This document shows positions 23,801-36,224 of a stretch of DNA of 61,864 nucleotides, in pieces. The stretch comes from Hyphochytrium catenoides (lineage: Eukaryota; Protista; Hyphochytriomycota). Numbering within the stretch: the stretch's first letter is position 1; each line of letters starts with the position of its first letter. The stretch lies in assembly GCA_900088475.1 (NCBI GenBank), contig FLMG01003767.1, positions 1 through 61,864 of the forward strand. Direction: 5' to 3'. Below the pieces are notes generated by a model. That model saw nothing but the letters and a program-made list of their open reading frames with translations, was not told where the DNA came from and did not search any database. Both the position numbers and the translations under genes were made by a program.

Positions 23801-25813
23801 CAGTCCCATCTGAGAGGCCACAAGCTCAGGATGTTGTCAAGTAAGCTCATATTCACATACTCTCTGTCTTGCTATGCCTCGAACCTGTCCTCCTATCCTG
23901 GTGCTCTTTCAACTAATTCGCCAATGCAACTCTCAGCTCCTTCAATTTTTCTCCTTAGAGTACTCGTAAAGACTCTTCACCGCCTCTCCTATTGCCATGA
24001 ACCTTACTGGATTTGCGGCTCTGTTCCTTGAAAATATAGGACCCTCGAAGCGATCCAAGAGGCACAGCTCCTAGACATTGCTACCGCTCTTCGGTCCTAC
24101 ATGGAAGCGAAGTACGCGCCAACTATGTCAAAAGCTACTCAACGGACGATGCGTCGTTCTGGGCGACCTTCTGTCCAAGAGGAGAGAATCGTTTTATTTT
24201 CTGGCGCTGCGGTGGTAGAGTTCCTGTTGCAGCAAGGCTTTGTTCAACACACGCATGAGGCGCTGAGACTGGGCCTTGCACTGCAGGATGCAGGCTACAT
24301 CCACCACTATAAGTAGGATGCACAGACCATAGCCTTTTTCTCCGTACTATCCACTCTCTGACAGTTGCTCTTCCTATTGATGAGCCTTTCCTTCATCGCT
24401 CCACTTTCACCGGAAGTTCCCTCTGCTTGCTCAATCAGAGAATGGGTTGCATCCTTTGCATCCCCTTCATCGCCATAGCCGTCACTCATTTGCTAACTTT
24501 GCATCTGTCCCCATGCTTCCTGTGCTGTTTAGGCATTCGGCCCCTTTCACACACACAAGAAAGAATCACTTCCGCTTCTCTGAGTTCACGCCTGCCCTGG
24601 GCATGGCCTCTGAAGACCATCGTCAGTTTGTTAACCTGGATGGGATGATGTATGGAGCCGTTGTCGGTACGAAGAGCCACCTTGTATGCTCTTCATCCAG
24701 GCCCTCTTCCTGCCTTGGGCTGCGCTGGCACTCTATACCCACTTCCCTCTTTATTCTTGAGCAATCCATATCCCTGCCTCTGACGCTAGTGTCTCTTTCT
24801 TTTTCCTCCGACCTTCTGGCCCCATTAGACCCAGGGAACCCTGAGGCAGCAAGAGAATCAACCCGCAACGATTGGGGCGCTTATCTTCACGATTCTAGTG
24901 CGCACAGTGGCAGTGTGAGAGGAGCTTCCTTTGACTCGGTCCAGACTTCTTCATTAGGCGGCACGACGACGGCGAGCGTCTTGCAGATCCCTTTTACTCT
25001 CAACAGCTGGTGCAACTGCAAGAGGATGGCTCAGGTTCGTGCTCTAAGCAAGCTCACCCTTGCTCCCTCTTCCAGGATTTCTCCATGCTGCCTTTCCTTT
25101 CCACTTATCTTGATGCTATCCCGTCTGCCTGTCTGCTTGGGGCGGGGTGAACCCTTTACCACTTTGCCTATGTGCACCTTGTACTCAGAGTTAAACTTTG
25201 TCCAATCTGTGTCTTCCCGCCGAGTCCGCCACTGACGCCTTATGCAACGATTACTCTCTGCGTTCTTTAGGGCCTAGAGCAGCCGACAGATAAGGCTCCG
25301 AAGGTCCTCCAGTCTTTGAAAGAGAAGTTCGAGAGAAGAGTCAACCAAATCGCAGGCAGTAGACAAGGCCGTACTAGTAAGGCAGCACGCACCTCGCACC
25401 ATCTCAGTCACGACGACTGACTAACACGCTCTCTTTCGTTGACTCTCCTATCCCTCTGTAGCTTCTGTTGCGGATAGCCTTATTGATGAGAAGAGGGCGA
25501 GCGTGTACAGCGCTAGACCTTCTACTTCGGGTCGCACTTCCCATGTGACGGACACAGAAGAACAGAGCGATCATGTGCTGCCTCTGGCTGCGACGGTCAA
25601 GCTGTACGAGGCTCACAAGGACAAGCAACTAGCTATCGTTATCTTCCCGGTACTACGGCATTATCTGTCTTTCTTGTATCGACGCTGCAGAATGACGACT
25701 GACTTGGCTTCTTTCCGATGTCTCTCTTACTGCAGAGCTCCGCGACCGAAGAAGGCGAGGATGGCAACCGCTCCTCCGACCTTCCATACCATCGCGTTTC
25801 CAGCAAAGATTAG
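19549..25813 (+). CDS. Receptor: signal peptide - 8-Cys (nsLTP/prolamin-like) domain - Pro/Thr stalk - 7TM - TKL pseudokinase - DEP domain; about 21 exons
   Basis: Phase-compatible GT-AG exons: 19549-19642, 20013-20298, 20502-20751, 20984-21088, 21191-21480, 21703-21794, 21880-21984, 22124-22199, 22274-22430, 22530-22622, 22739-22971, 23099-23210, 23338-23414, 23556-23613, 23707-23840, 24040-24312, 24533-24667, 24830-25034, 25271-25376, 25462-25649, 25736-25813 (later boundaries accurate to a few nt). Kinase-fold motifs: KHPNLVRF, AVAYLH, YLAPE, DIYSLGIVLWEI, PSERP. DEP motif: FSGAAVVEFL...EALRLGLALQDAGYIHH. Confidence 0.85.
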
Positions 25814-25972
25814 ATGAAAAGGAGAGAGCGAGAGGGAGAGTAACGGGATGGGGGCAGAGAAATATCGATCTTTCCTTACTTTTTTGAGATGGCAGGGCGG
25901 ACAGAGTGGAGTCAGTGAAGAACAGGCGGAGCGCCGCGCCCTTGCTCCATGTGCCATAGATTCATTTCTAAA

Positions 25973-26651
25973 CTACTTTTGGATGGTCTCGTCAAACAGA
26001 CAGGACCTTCGCACCTGATTCAGGTAAAAATATGGTTTCTTTATAGACAGCGTGCTCAGTATTGCTCGGTTGGGGAGGCTATTGGAGCCGTAGGATGAGA
26101 GATCCGTAGCCAGAGGAGCAAGTCTCACATCTCGAGGCGCCTCTCCCTGAGCCACGCCACACAAGTTTGCCGCACCATTTGCTGTTCTCAATAACCTCAA
26201 ACAGCATTTGAGGCTTGCGGCCTAGCTACTACCTACCGCACCACTTTTGGATTGTGCATCTCAAAGTGCAGAGAACCGCCAGCTGTCTGTCAACGACAAC
26301 CAGGTGGTCTTTATAGGCAGAGACACCTATGCTTGATAGACGTATCTTACATCCCTCCATCGGCAACGTGCCTAGCGAGCAAAGCCAAACTGTGTGTGCC
26401 CTCTCCTTCAAATCTGCCTCTTCTAGCGTTAGTCCGAAGCTGCTAGTCGAGCTCATCCGATAATGATCATCCAAGTTATTGCTCTTGCAGCTCTTGAGCC
26501 GTGACCTCTGGATCTTCATTTCTTCTTCAATCAGAACCTTTTGAGGGGAATTCTCAACCCTCAGGGAGGGTTCGGAATATAAGGCCTTCCTGAGCCATAA
26601 GTCCTGAATCCGAACGGTCAATGCCATGGGAATTAGAGATTCATTAGTCAT
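25973..26651 (-). CDS. Hypothetical protein, divergent from pelota
   Basis: Adjacent non-repetitive ORFs of 140 and 75 aa with a GTAGGT donor near 26233. No motif is recognised and the start is uncertain. Confidence 0.3.
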
Positions 26652-26950
26652 TGCCCTTGTTGAGGATGGACGGATTTCTGAAGCTTTGTCATTGAGAACG
26701 CCAGGAGAGCGAGCTGACGATGAAAGACTTCTTAAGAGAGATTTTGAAGAGAAGAGATTAGGAGACAGGCAGCGTTGATGTGAGCTGCAGAAACAGCTAG
26801 CGCTAGTCCTTTATCGGAGGCCATAGCGTGAAGCTTCAAATCGTCGGCCATTAGTGCATGAAACAGCTGCACCGCAGACTCTTTGCGGCTCCTGCTGGAG
26901 ATATTTTAGTCGACGGCCATAAGCTAGGAGCCACCTTTGCCTAAGGCAAA

Positions 26951-29900
26951 ATGAAGATTATCAAGAAGAACATCAGCAAAGATGGAGAAGGTTCCGTGGT
27001 TCTTCGGGCTGAGGATGCGGAGGACATGTTTCACGCGTACAACCTAATCTTGCCAGGAGACATCGTGCGCACAAGTACTGTGAGAAAGGTGTGCAGCCCG
27101 CTTCGAAGGGAAGGGAGTGCTTAAACTTTGATAACACGAGTAGAATAGACTGGAAGAGCTCTCGGCAAGGTACATCTGGACAAGGTAGCACCTTCTAACG
27201 TCGGTCTTTTACCTCGCAGGTGGTGCGCGAAGGCGTTACGGGCTCCACATCCAGCCAGAAAGTTCGGCTTAACTTGACAATAGAGGTTAGAACATTGCCC
27301 GAAAGAGTATATAGCAGCGGGGGAAGTAGGTCTCTTATCACCTCCTTCTGCACAGATTCAAGCTGTAGACTTTGATGCTTCTCAGTGCTCCCTCAGGCTC
27401 AAAGGGAGGAATAAGGAAGAGAACCAGTACGTAAAGGTATGAATGGGCCCGTGGCAGCAGCTAACGGAGGAAAAGCACATCACTTATTACCTCGCTCTCT
27501 CTGTCTCTATCTTTTTTCTCTCAATCTCTCCCTCTCTCTCCCGTCTCTGCTGCCCTCCCCCCATTCTTCTCCCTTCTCTCTCTTTCCTTTACTCTATCCC
27601 TCTGTGTGTGTCTCTCTCTATCCTCATCTCTCTGTGTTCTCCTTCTCTCCCTCTCGCTTCTTTCTCTCTCACTCCTGTCGCTTTCTCGTCCTTTCTGTCT
27701 CTCTCCTCTCTCGCCTTTTCTGTCTCTCTTCTTCTCTTCTCTTCCTATCGCTCGCTCGCTCGTTCTCTTTATTTCTTTCGCTCTCTTTTTTCCCTTCTTC
27801 TTTCCCATCCTTTACTCTTACCTCGTCTTCACCTCTGCCCCCTTCGCGACTTCCCTCCCTCCGTGATGCCGTGGCAATGAAGATGGGAGCCTATCACACA
27901 TTAGACCTAGAGATGAACCAAAACTTTACGCTGGAAAAGGCTCACTGGGACTCCATATCGATAGAGAGACTGCACACTGCGGCAAATATAGAGGAAAAGG
28001 CATGAAAAGCAGCTTCACACGCCTTAACAACGATCATCTTTGCTTCCCTTTTCTTTCTCTCTCTCCCTCTCTCACACAAACACGTCTCTCCTATGACAGC
28101 TAACCACCTCAGTCGCATCACCAGTTCCCATGGCTGCCGCGCGCCTCATTTTGATCCCTGTCCCTCTTTTCTTTGTCCATCGCCACATGCTGGAGGCGCT
28201 TCTGTCCATCCTCTAGCTGCGTATCTCTTCCATCCAATCTTTTATCTCTTCTATAGCGTGCACAGCTGGCCGCCTTAAAGATGCGTTCCTTGGTCTGTCA
28301 ACTCGCGTCGTGCCCTCCACTGTCTCTGATAGGCCTCCCAGGCCCTTACGTGTCATCTCATTACTCCCTCACTTGCTGTACATAGGCCGACATCGCCGCG
28401 GTGGTCATGTCCCTTGGCTTGGCCCACATCTGCCTTCTGACTACACATATGACAATTACCAAGTCACGGATAGAGATGAACATTCCCAAGAAGAGAGCCG
28501 GGAGCTCAGGCCACTCTAAAGGCATCGAAAAATTCTTTGAGGCTATTCTCCAGGTACGCCTGCGCATCCGTTCTGGACCATTAAGCCATCTCCCTCTCTT
28601 GCTTTCTCTTGGCTTGTTCATCTCCAAATCTTCCACCGCTTAATTCGCACTCTCTTTTGATCTACTTGCTTGCTGACATCCGCGTCCTTAGTGAGCGTCA
28701 GCCTACCCTAGAGTGCTCATTTCTTGGTTTTTGACCGTCGCCCTACCTCTTCTCTGACGTCCATTCTCCTCCACTCGAGACATCTCCCCTGCTTTCCCTT
28801 TGCCTGTGCCTGTTTCTACCGCTATCTTCCCACTTTAGCTAGCTAAGAAATTGCACCTACAAATTTTTACGTAGGGCATTCTGCGGCACATTGACTTTAA
28901 GCTGGTGAAAGTGGTGCTAATAGCTAGCCCAGCTTTCTACAAGGAGGACTTTTTAAAGTATATGATGGATGAGGCTGTTCGCAATGACTACAGGGTAAGT
29001 GGGACATCCGTGAGAATACTGGAGAGATCCAAAGACAACTGCATTCACAGAGATTCGTGAGAGAAAAGGAAGAGCCACGAGACTAGAAAAGCGTATGAGT
29101 GATGCTAGAGGGGTAGACTACAAGGTGGAAATGATGGGAAAGACCCGCAACAGAAAGACTGGACGTCATCACGGATGGACTGACTGACTTTATCAGATTA
29201 AGGAAGAGGTTTGATCTTCGTGTTTCACAGATTATAATAGAGAACAAGAAGAAGTTTGTTTTGACCCACGCATCTTCTGGGCACAAGCACGCGTTAACGG
29301 AAATACTGGCGGACCCTGTACGGCAAACCCATCTTCTCCTTCATTCTACGGTTCTCCCCACCATCGTTCTTATCGTTCTTTCCCATTGCCAGATCACGTT
29401 CATAGCGCTTATCTGACTCTGGCTCCTCTGGTGTGCTCTTGACGAAACTCTCCGTTCGCTGCTTTGTCTTCCTGGCCGTCCACTTTCGCTCGGTGCCTGA
29501 GTATTGTCCCAATCCTGCTGATTACGGCTGTTACAGAGTCTGCAGTCAAAGCTGGCTGACACTAAGGCAACAGATGACGTCAGAGCGCTCCAAGAGTTCT
29601 ATGACATGATGAACTCTGACCCTGACCGTGCTTACTACGGCTACAAGGTGAGTATCAGCCTTACTATGGTTCTGTCTTGGGAGATGCCGGCACATCACAA
29701 GTTCACTTCCCTAACTATATCTTTAAGCATTCTATCAATTCTGTCCTTCACCTTTCTCACCTTCACGTTGCTAGACCTCTTTGATTATTCTCTTGGTTAT
29801 GCTCTCTCTTTCCCTTTCCTCTTGTGCATCTCTATCTACTCTGTTTCTTTCGCGCTGCAGTTTCTGCGCAATCCTTCACGGTGCTATCTCTGCGGTCGGT

Positions 29901-30587
29901 TACCCACCCTTATTTACCACTTGGTGTCGATGTGCCTCAGAAGGACTGTCTCCCTCCTTTTCCTCATCAATAGCCCTCGACTTCTGTCTTTGGATGTCCA
30001 TCCAGCTTAACTTCTTCTCTTTTCCATAAACCGGCACACCACTTCCCCTAACTAACTATCTGACTCTTTGCCATTTGCTTATTTAATAACTGCAGCATGT
30101 GCTCAGGGCAGATGAAGCTGCTGCCATAGACAAGTTGTTTATCTCTGACTCTCTCTTTAGAAGCGAAGACTTCAAAGCTCGAAAGCGCTACGTTAGCCTT
30201 GTGGAGTCGGTCAAAGAAAGTGGAGGTTCTGTCCGAGTCTTCAGCTCGATGCATCCAACTGGGCAGCAGCTTGCAGAGGTAACCAAACTGAAAAAAAGTG
30301 ACATTGAAACTGGGCAACGACGAGATGTCTTCTTCTTGTTATGTGCTCATTTCTGATGCACTGGCCTCTGCTCACAGTTGACAGGCATTGCTGCAATATT
30401 GCGATTTCCTCTAGCGGATATTGACGAGGATGAAGACGACAACGAGCAGGAGACAGCGGGGCCTTCAATCGCCCCACCAGTGGTGGAAGGAGGCTTTGAG
30501 GATGATCTGCTGGATGAGGCAGACGTTGCAGCGGAGGAGATGGGCATTGTTGGCTCATTTGCGAAGCACGTGCGAATTATGGACTAA
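26951..30587 (+). CDS. PELO: Pelota / Dom34 ribosome-rescue factor
   Basis: Exons give EDAEDMFHAYNLI...STVRKV, LRLKGRNKEENQYVKMGAYHTLDLE, LEKAHWDS, RIEMNIPKKR, IASPAFYK, HASSGHKHAL, DPDRAYYGYKHV, FSSMHPTGQQL, LTGIAAILRFP. Confidence 0.97.
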
Positions 30588-32570
30588 CGCTAGGGTTCCG
30601 TGAGCCACACTCATCAAAACATCTGGCAACATACTAAACAGTTCCCTAATGTGCCCCTGCCATGTCTTACGGCTGGTGAGTTGTGGATTGGACAAAGCTA
30701 TACTATAAGGTATAGCTGGGGAGCCAACCGCAGGCTGCACATTAAGCTATCGTCTCGGCAAGGGCGCCTGCCTCATTACAAAAGAAGTGTAACGGGGGGA
30801 ATAACCGGCCTGCAGAGACCTCGAAGGGACAGAGAAGGGCGCTTTACCCTCCCAAGCTCGAGACTAGTCAGAGTGAGGGACTCATCGGATTGTAATTAAT
30901 TAAGCTTCAGTAAAGCAGATTGGCCCTAGTGCTTTCGACTTTAATAGATTCTTGCTCTAAATTGGGCAATCTTCGACTGAAGCTTCGTCAGCTGGCACCA
31001 AAAGTGCTTGGAAGCAAAGAGTAATCGAGCGCGTGTACGACATAGAAGTACAAAGCTCCTTCATTCTCTAGTACAAATAATGCAAAAGAGATCTGAAGAT
31101 TCTTATTGAAGATCTTCTATGAATATTTGTGAGAAAGCCCAATTCTGGCTGAGTGACGAAAGGATTATCCTAGTAAAACTATGACAAACAGGTACGGACG
31201 AAATTAAAACAAGCCTTACAGATTTGAGCACTTCGGTTCGCAGAAATCTGATCTTACTAGGACGTCTTCCTCCCCCTTTATAAATAAGTAATAAGAAATA
31301 ACCTAGTCACTTATTCTTATTCTAGATACTACGATCGCGTTTATAAGCTGGGGGCAGGCCGACATGACTTTAGCAGCCAGGAAAGAACTCTTGCCTAGAT
31401 TTTCGTATTTTCGTTTCCCCAAAGAATGCCCAAAAGAGGTCCAAAAGGCGTTTAGAGTTTAGAGTTTCCCCAAAATCTCCGCAGTCCACTGCACGAAACC
31501 AATACAAGCAAAATACCACTTGCACCTGGACAAACTTGACAACTTTGTGAAGTTAGGTTTGAACAAGTGTTATTTCTGTGGCATTCTTTGCTTTTGTTAT
31601 TAGCAGGAAGGTATCTTTATTATCTTATTGAACAGCTTCAAATGGGAAAGAACTCATTTTATACATCAAAATGGCTGAATGTCAGTTTAGCGTCAAATCG
31701 TAGATAAAATTGTGTTGCTCGGTGGTTCTTGTGTCCTGTCATTTGACTTGCTGACTCTATGAGGGTCGACGTTATCACCTCAATCTTTCGAGGTTTACGC
31801 CTTAATTCCAGATATTTTGCAGCTTAATTTATAGGTAAAGATGAAGTAATCATGAATCTTTCAATGTTGCAGAGGGACCGTGCACACGTCCAGTTTCCGC
31901 TCGCTTGTGGTCAGCACCTGCAATCTGATCCGAAAGAGAGGATGATCATGCTAGACAGAGTCGAGACAGAGTTAGGCTGATATATCATATATAAGTGATA
32001 TTAGCATTACAAAGGTGAGGAAGACAATACGGTAGATGTCAACGAGGTACTGCTGGTCGGACGTGAAGAGGACGAGACGGGGAGCATGGGTTACGCAGCG
32101 GCAGCAACCTCAAGTGCACTCGATCGAAGCTTCAGAGAGTTGTATGAAGACGAGTGACCAAGCCAGCCCACTGCAGAAGCCTCATCAAGTGACAGAGGAT
32201 GACAAGGACAAGTGACCAGATGATGCACATAGACTCTCCACTGGTCCGTGGAAGTCCTAAAAGTCCTAAAGCTGGGTGGAGTTGAAAGAGAGACTTATCT
32301 AACCTCATCTTCAAAGGCATTGTTGCCTCAGAGAAAAGAAAGAAGCTGTTGAAAAGAAAAGAGAGAAAGAACAACGACTGTGCGAAGCTGCAAAGTTATA
32401 GCTTGCCAGCATCCGCAGCGTAATCACTGTTCCCTTGATGCCAACTAGTTAATGGCTAGAGGACTTGAGAGTTTAGCTGCATTTCTTCGTGCACCCAACT
32501 GCTGATAAAGCTCTCTGCTGGTGGTATTTGAGAAGCAACAGCAGTGTAGTCAGCACTGAGCTTCAGAACA

Positions 32571-33536
32571 ATGCTAGTGCTGACAACGGTCTCACTATTG
32601 GTAGTGCCCTGCTTATATGGTCTCTTTATGCTCATGGGGAAAACAGAGCGGCCATTTTCAATAAGCAGATACAGCTTCATGCTAGCAATGGATGATAGAG
32701 AGGATGGCGAGCAAGGTGAATGCACCCTGAAGCAAGACTCGACGTCACGGACAAGCTCAAAGAATGATTCAAGGAAGGACGGGGCCTCTAGTGATGATCC
32801 AATTGCTGAACCACCTCTAAAGCTCTGCTTGGGAGAACTCAACACCCTCAGACCCTCATGCCCAGAAAGACTTTCGTGCCTGATAAGGCAGCTGACGACT
32901 GAGGGGTTTGACAGTATCTATGTTGTTGGACGAAGAGGAGTTTATCCAGCTAGAATGCTAGTGACAGCCGCAATGGGCACCAGTGGGCTCGGCACTATAA
33001 ATGTGGCCTACTCAAGGAGTAACCTCCTGCACCATCTGATGGGAAGCTCTAGGACCTCTATTGACTTTGCGCAGATAGAGGATATCGTTGTTGGGGTGAG
33101 CGACTCTGCCTTTCCTAGTCTCCCGTCCATATCGTCTGTCTTTCTTTTGTTTCTCGAGGCCCGTTTTTTCCTTCTCATTGTGCCCACCCCATTCCGGCCT
33201 GGACACTCCGCGGCCTTCCGTAGTGTCTCCCGTTAGCTGATGAACTTTCCCTTCTCCGCTTTCACGCCCAGAGCTCTCTCCTCTTTGCCGTCTCTCGTTT
33301 CCTAGCTATCGAAACCTAAACTCTTCCTCTTTCTTGTCTCACAGATGAGGACGAAGAGGCTGCGAAAAGTGGGGCTTCTAGAGAAGTATGACAAGTACTT
33401 CTCGCTTCGTCTGAAATCGTCCCAATCCGTCGACTTCATGGTGGAAACCAGAGAAGACAGAGACGCTCTCATCCTCTCTTTGAGAAAATTAATTGGCGCT
33501 TCGAGGTTCTCGGGGATGTCTAGAGTAGAGTCGTAG
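32571..33536 (+). CDS. PH-domain protein (PLC/Mcp5-type PH), 2 exons; start uncertain
   Basis: SIDFAQIEDIVVG|MRTKRLRK...YFSLRLKSSQSVDFMVETREDRDALILSLRKLI, joined across the intron at about 33097-33344. Confidence 0.65.
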
Positions 33537-34123
33537 CGCTAGGAGACCAAGCTCATTTATGTTTCTTCTATGTAGTTCCAATTATTTATTTGTCCTCCTA
33601 TGATAGGGATGGCAAGCCTGAGTAGAATAGCAGAGTAGGCGGCATGAAGGGAGAGACCACAAGCACACAAGGAGAGAAACAGAGAGAGAGAGAGAGAAAG
33701 GATGAGCAGTTGTCAACCGAGGGAAGGAAAGAAAGGACAGTAGCGCAGCGCAAGAAAGAGGTCTCCTTCACTTGACACTCAGCATTTTCGTATTATCGTT
33801 ATATAAGACTGTACATAAAAGAGTTGAGACTACCAAGCAGTTGCTATCCTGGGGACACTTTTGGTTGCCTTGGACCCTTACGATAAGTGCGGCGAAGAGA
33901 GCCGCTGTGCTTCTCACTTACTAACATCCTATGCCGGGTGTTCGCATCCTTGGAAGGTCACAATGGACACAGAGAGCAATGTTCGACAGGCTTTGGGTGT
34001 CCTCATAGGCTTGAGGTGTTGGGTGAAGGTCTTCGTGCTTCTTGACGGAAAAAAAAGAGGTATTGGGAGATAGCAGTCCTTCCGGAAGGTGGGAGCTTTC
34101 CCCTCACTAATCCTGTCAGCACA

Positions 34124-35653
34124 TCAGTCCAGACCGCATAAACTGTAGCTTGTGTCTGCACCACCCAGTAGTCCCTTTGTCTTTGTCACTTTCCGCCGGT
34201 CCATGAAGCGGTCCACACCTCGCATATGCTCAAACTCTTTTTTGGTGAATCGATTGCCTGAAAGAGTAAGTTAGCGGGATGAGAAGCAGGAGTAGAGCAG
34301 ACAGTCCATTGAAAAAGATCTTGAAGGACATTCCCTCAATGAGAGCTAACTACCAGGTCGATAGGGAGAGACTAGGTTCACTCTACTAACGACTTTGAGG
34401 TTCAAGGAAGAAATGGACCTTCAGTAGGAGCTGAACGGAACGAAGAACAGACTTGAAAGAACTAAGGAGACAGACTTCATGGCTTGTTAGGCTACTCGTA
34501 CCGGGGATCCAGAGTCTGTTAACGGTGGATTCGGCGAGAAGCTCAAAGGGAAGGACCCCAAGCCTATTATGCGCCAAAGAAAGACCCTTCAAACTCTTGG
34601 CCAACTTTATCTCGCCAGGCAAGCTCGATAAAAGGTTACGGTCAAGGTTCAGCTCGTCTAGCCTGGCAGCAGAGCTAAAGAACTGCGGTGGGATCTCCTG
34701 AAGTCGATTCCCTGAGAGGTTTAGTGTAACAAGAGAGGGTAGCACTCTCATGACCGACTCGGGAATGCTGGTCAATCCATTATTTGCTAGGCTCAAATGT
34801 TGCAGACTGGAGGGCAGGCCCTCAATGGACGCTATCTGGTTATTATCCAGCACAAGCTGTTCGAGATGTAAGCAAGTGAGAAGAGAGCGTAGAAAACAAG
34901 AGGAGAAGATGGACGGAAGTGTTCGAAAGCTGGACTATCCGGGTGCATGAATAGGTGCTGTAAGCTTTGGCACAATGGAGAGAAGCAACGCAAGAAGAAG
35001 AGACAGAATTATGAACTCGCCATGCAGAAAGAGAAGGGTAGAGTGTGGGCGTATGGGAACGTTCTCGAGTGGGTCACGAGAGATTCGTACCGTGGTTAAG
35101 GAGCTGAGTCCACTTAGGTCAGGTAAGGCAACGAGCTTGTTATCTTGAACGTTGAGGGTCTTAAGGTTGTTCATTGCAACTATCTAGGTACTCAGCAGGG
35201 CCATGAAGGGACGACGGGAAGAGAGTGTAAGGATAGGGATATCGAAAACAAAGCCTGGGTATTCGGAGCTCACCTCGTTTGAAAGGGCTGAGAGCTGGTT
35301 GCTGCCACAGTCCAGTACCTTAAGGTTTGTTAGCCCCATGACCTCATCCGGCAAACTCTTCAGTCGAGCCTCCTTAAGGGCCAGCACTCCCGATTTCGAG
35401 GCCATTTCTATCTTCTGCTTGATGACCTTCCACAAAAGACCTCAGCGACGTATGGTCCAAGGCTTGCAGGGTGGTGCTGTACCTTAGAAGTGCCTTGGTT
35501 CTTTGCATCCCTAGCCATCGCCGATCGTTCTCTCCGGCTCAGCTCCGTCTCTTGGGTGGGTACCACTTCATATCGCCCTTCCTCATAGTCCTCCCCAATG
35601 AGCTTCCCCCTCCCTTCCTCCACATCCGCCTGTCTGCAACAGGATGCCCCCAT
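34124..35653 (-). CDS. Leucine-rich repeat protein, LRRC57-like
   Basis: KIEMASKSGVLAL N-cap, several LxxLxLxxNxL repeats and C-terminal GNRF...GVDRFMDRRK; five exons; starts MGASCC. Confidence 0.85.
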
Positions 35654-36224
35654 CTTCGCCCAGCAGCAGCTTGTGTCTGAAGGAGGCTCTCCTCTAGAGC
35701 TTCTATTCCTCTGTCCTCTTGCTCTCCTAGAAGAAGACGCCAATAACTGTGCTCTCAGCGTCTCTGATGAAGCTTCAGAATGCGAAGCTTTGGGCCTTTG
35801 AACTCTTCTTCTTATCGTTCTGATTCCTTGCGCCGGTATTACTACTCTTGTAAAGGGGTTAGAGGATAGATATCGATGGCTTGTGCTACGTACTATTATG
35901 GTTGAGATGTTCGGTGTCCGACCGTATTTTACTGTACAGGTCGTAGCGCGGAAGAGTATTCACAGATTTATGGAATTGCGAAAGTTGCAGATTATTACAA
36001 AATCTTGGCTGTTATATGAAGATTATTGGATTTTTGTCGTGAGCGTGAATCGCCTGCGCCTAAAGCAGTCGCAAACCTGAGGCCGTGAGTGGAAGGTCGG
36101 GCCGTGAGTGAATTCTCCAGTGGCAGGATCAGCAGGGACTATGTCCTCTGGCTATTGATAGGGCCAGGAATGAGTGTATCGCATACGTCCCTCTTGCTCG
36201 CTAAGATTACTGGTGACGGGAAGG

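Noticed and set aside
30900-32050. AT-richer intergenic block as a possible MITE
   Set aside because: No convincing TIRs, TSD or coding remnant was found by eye.
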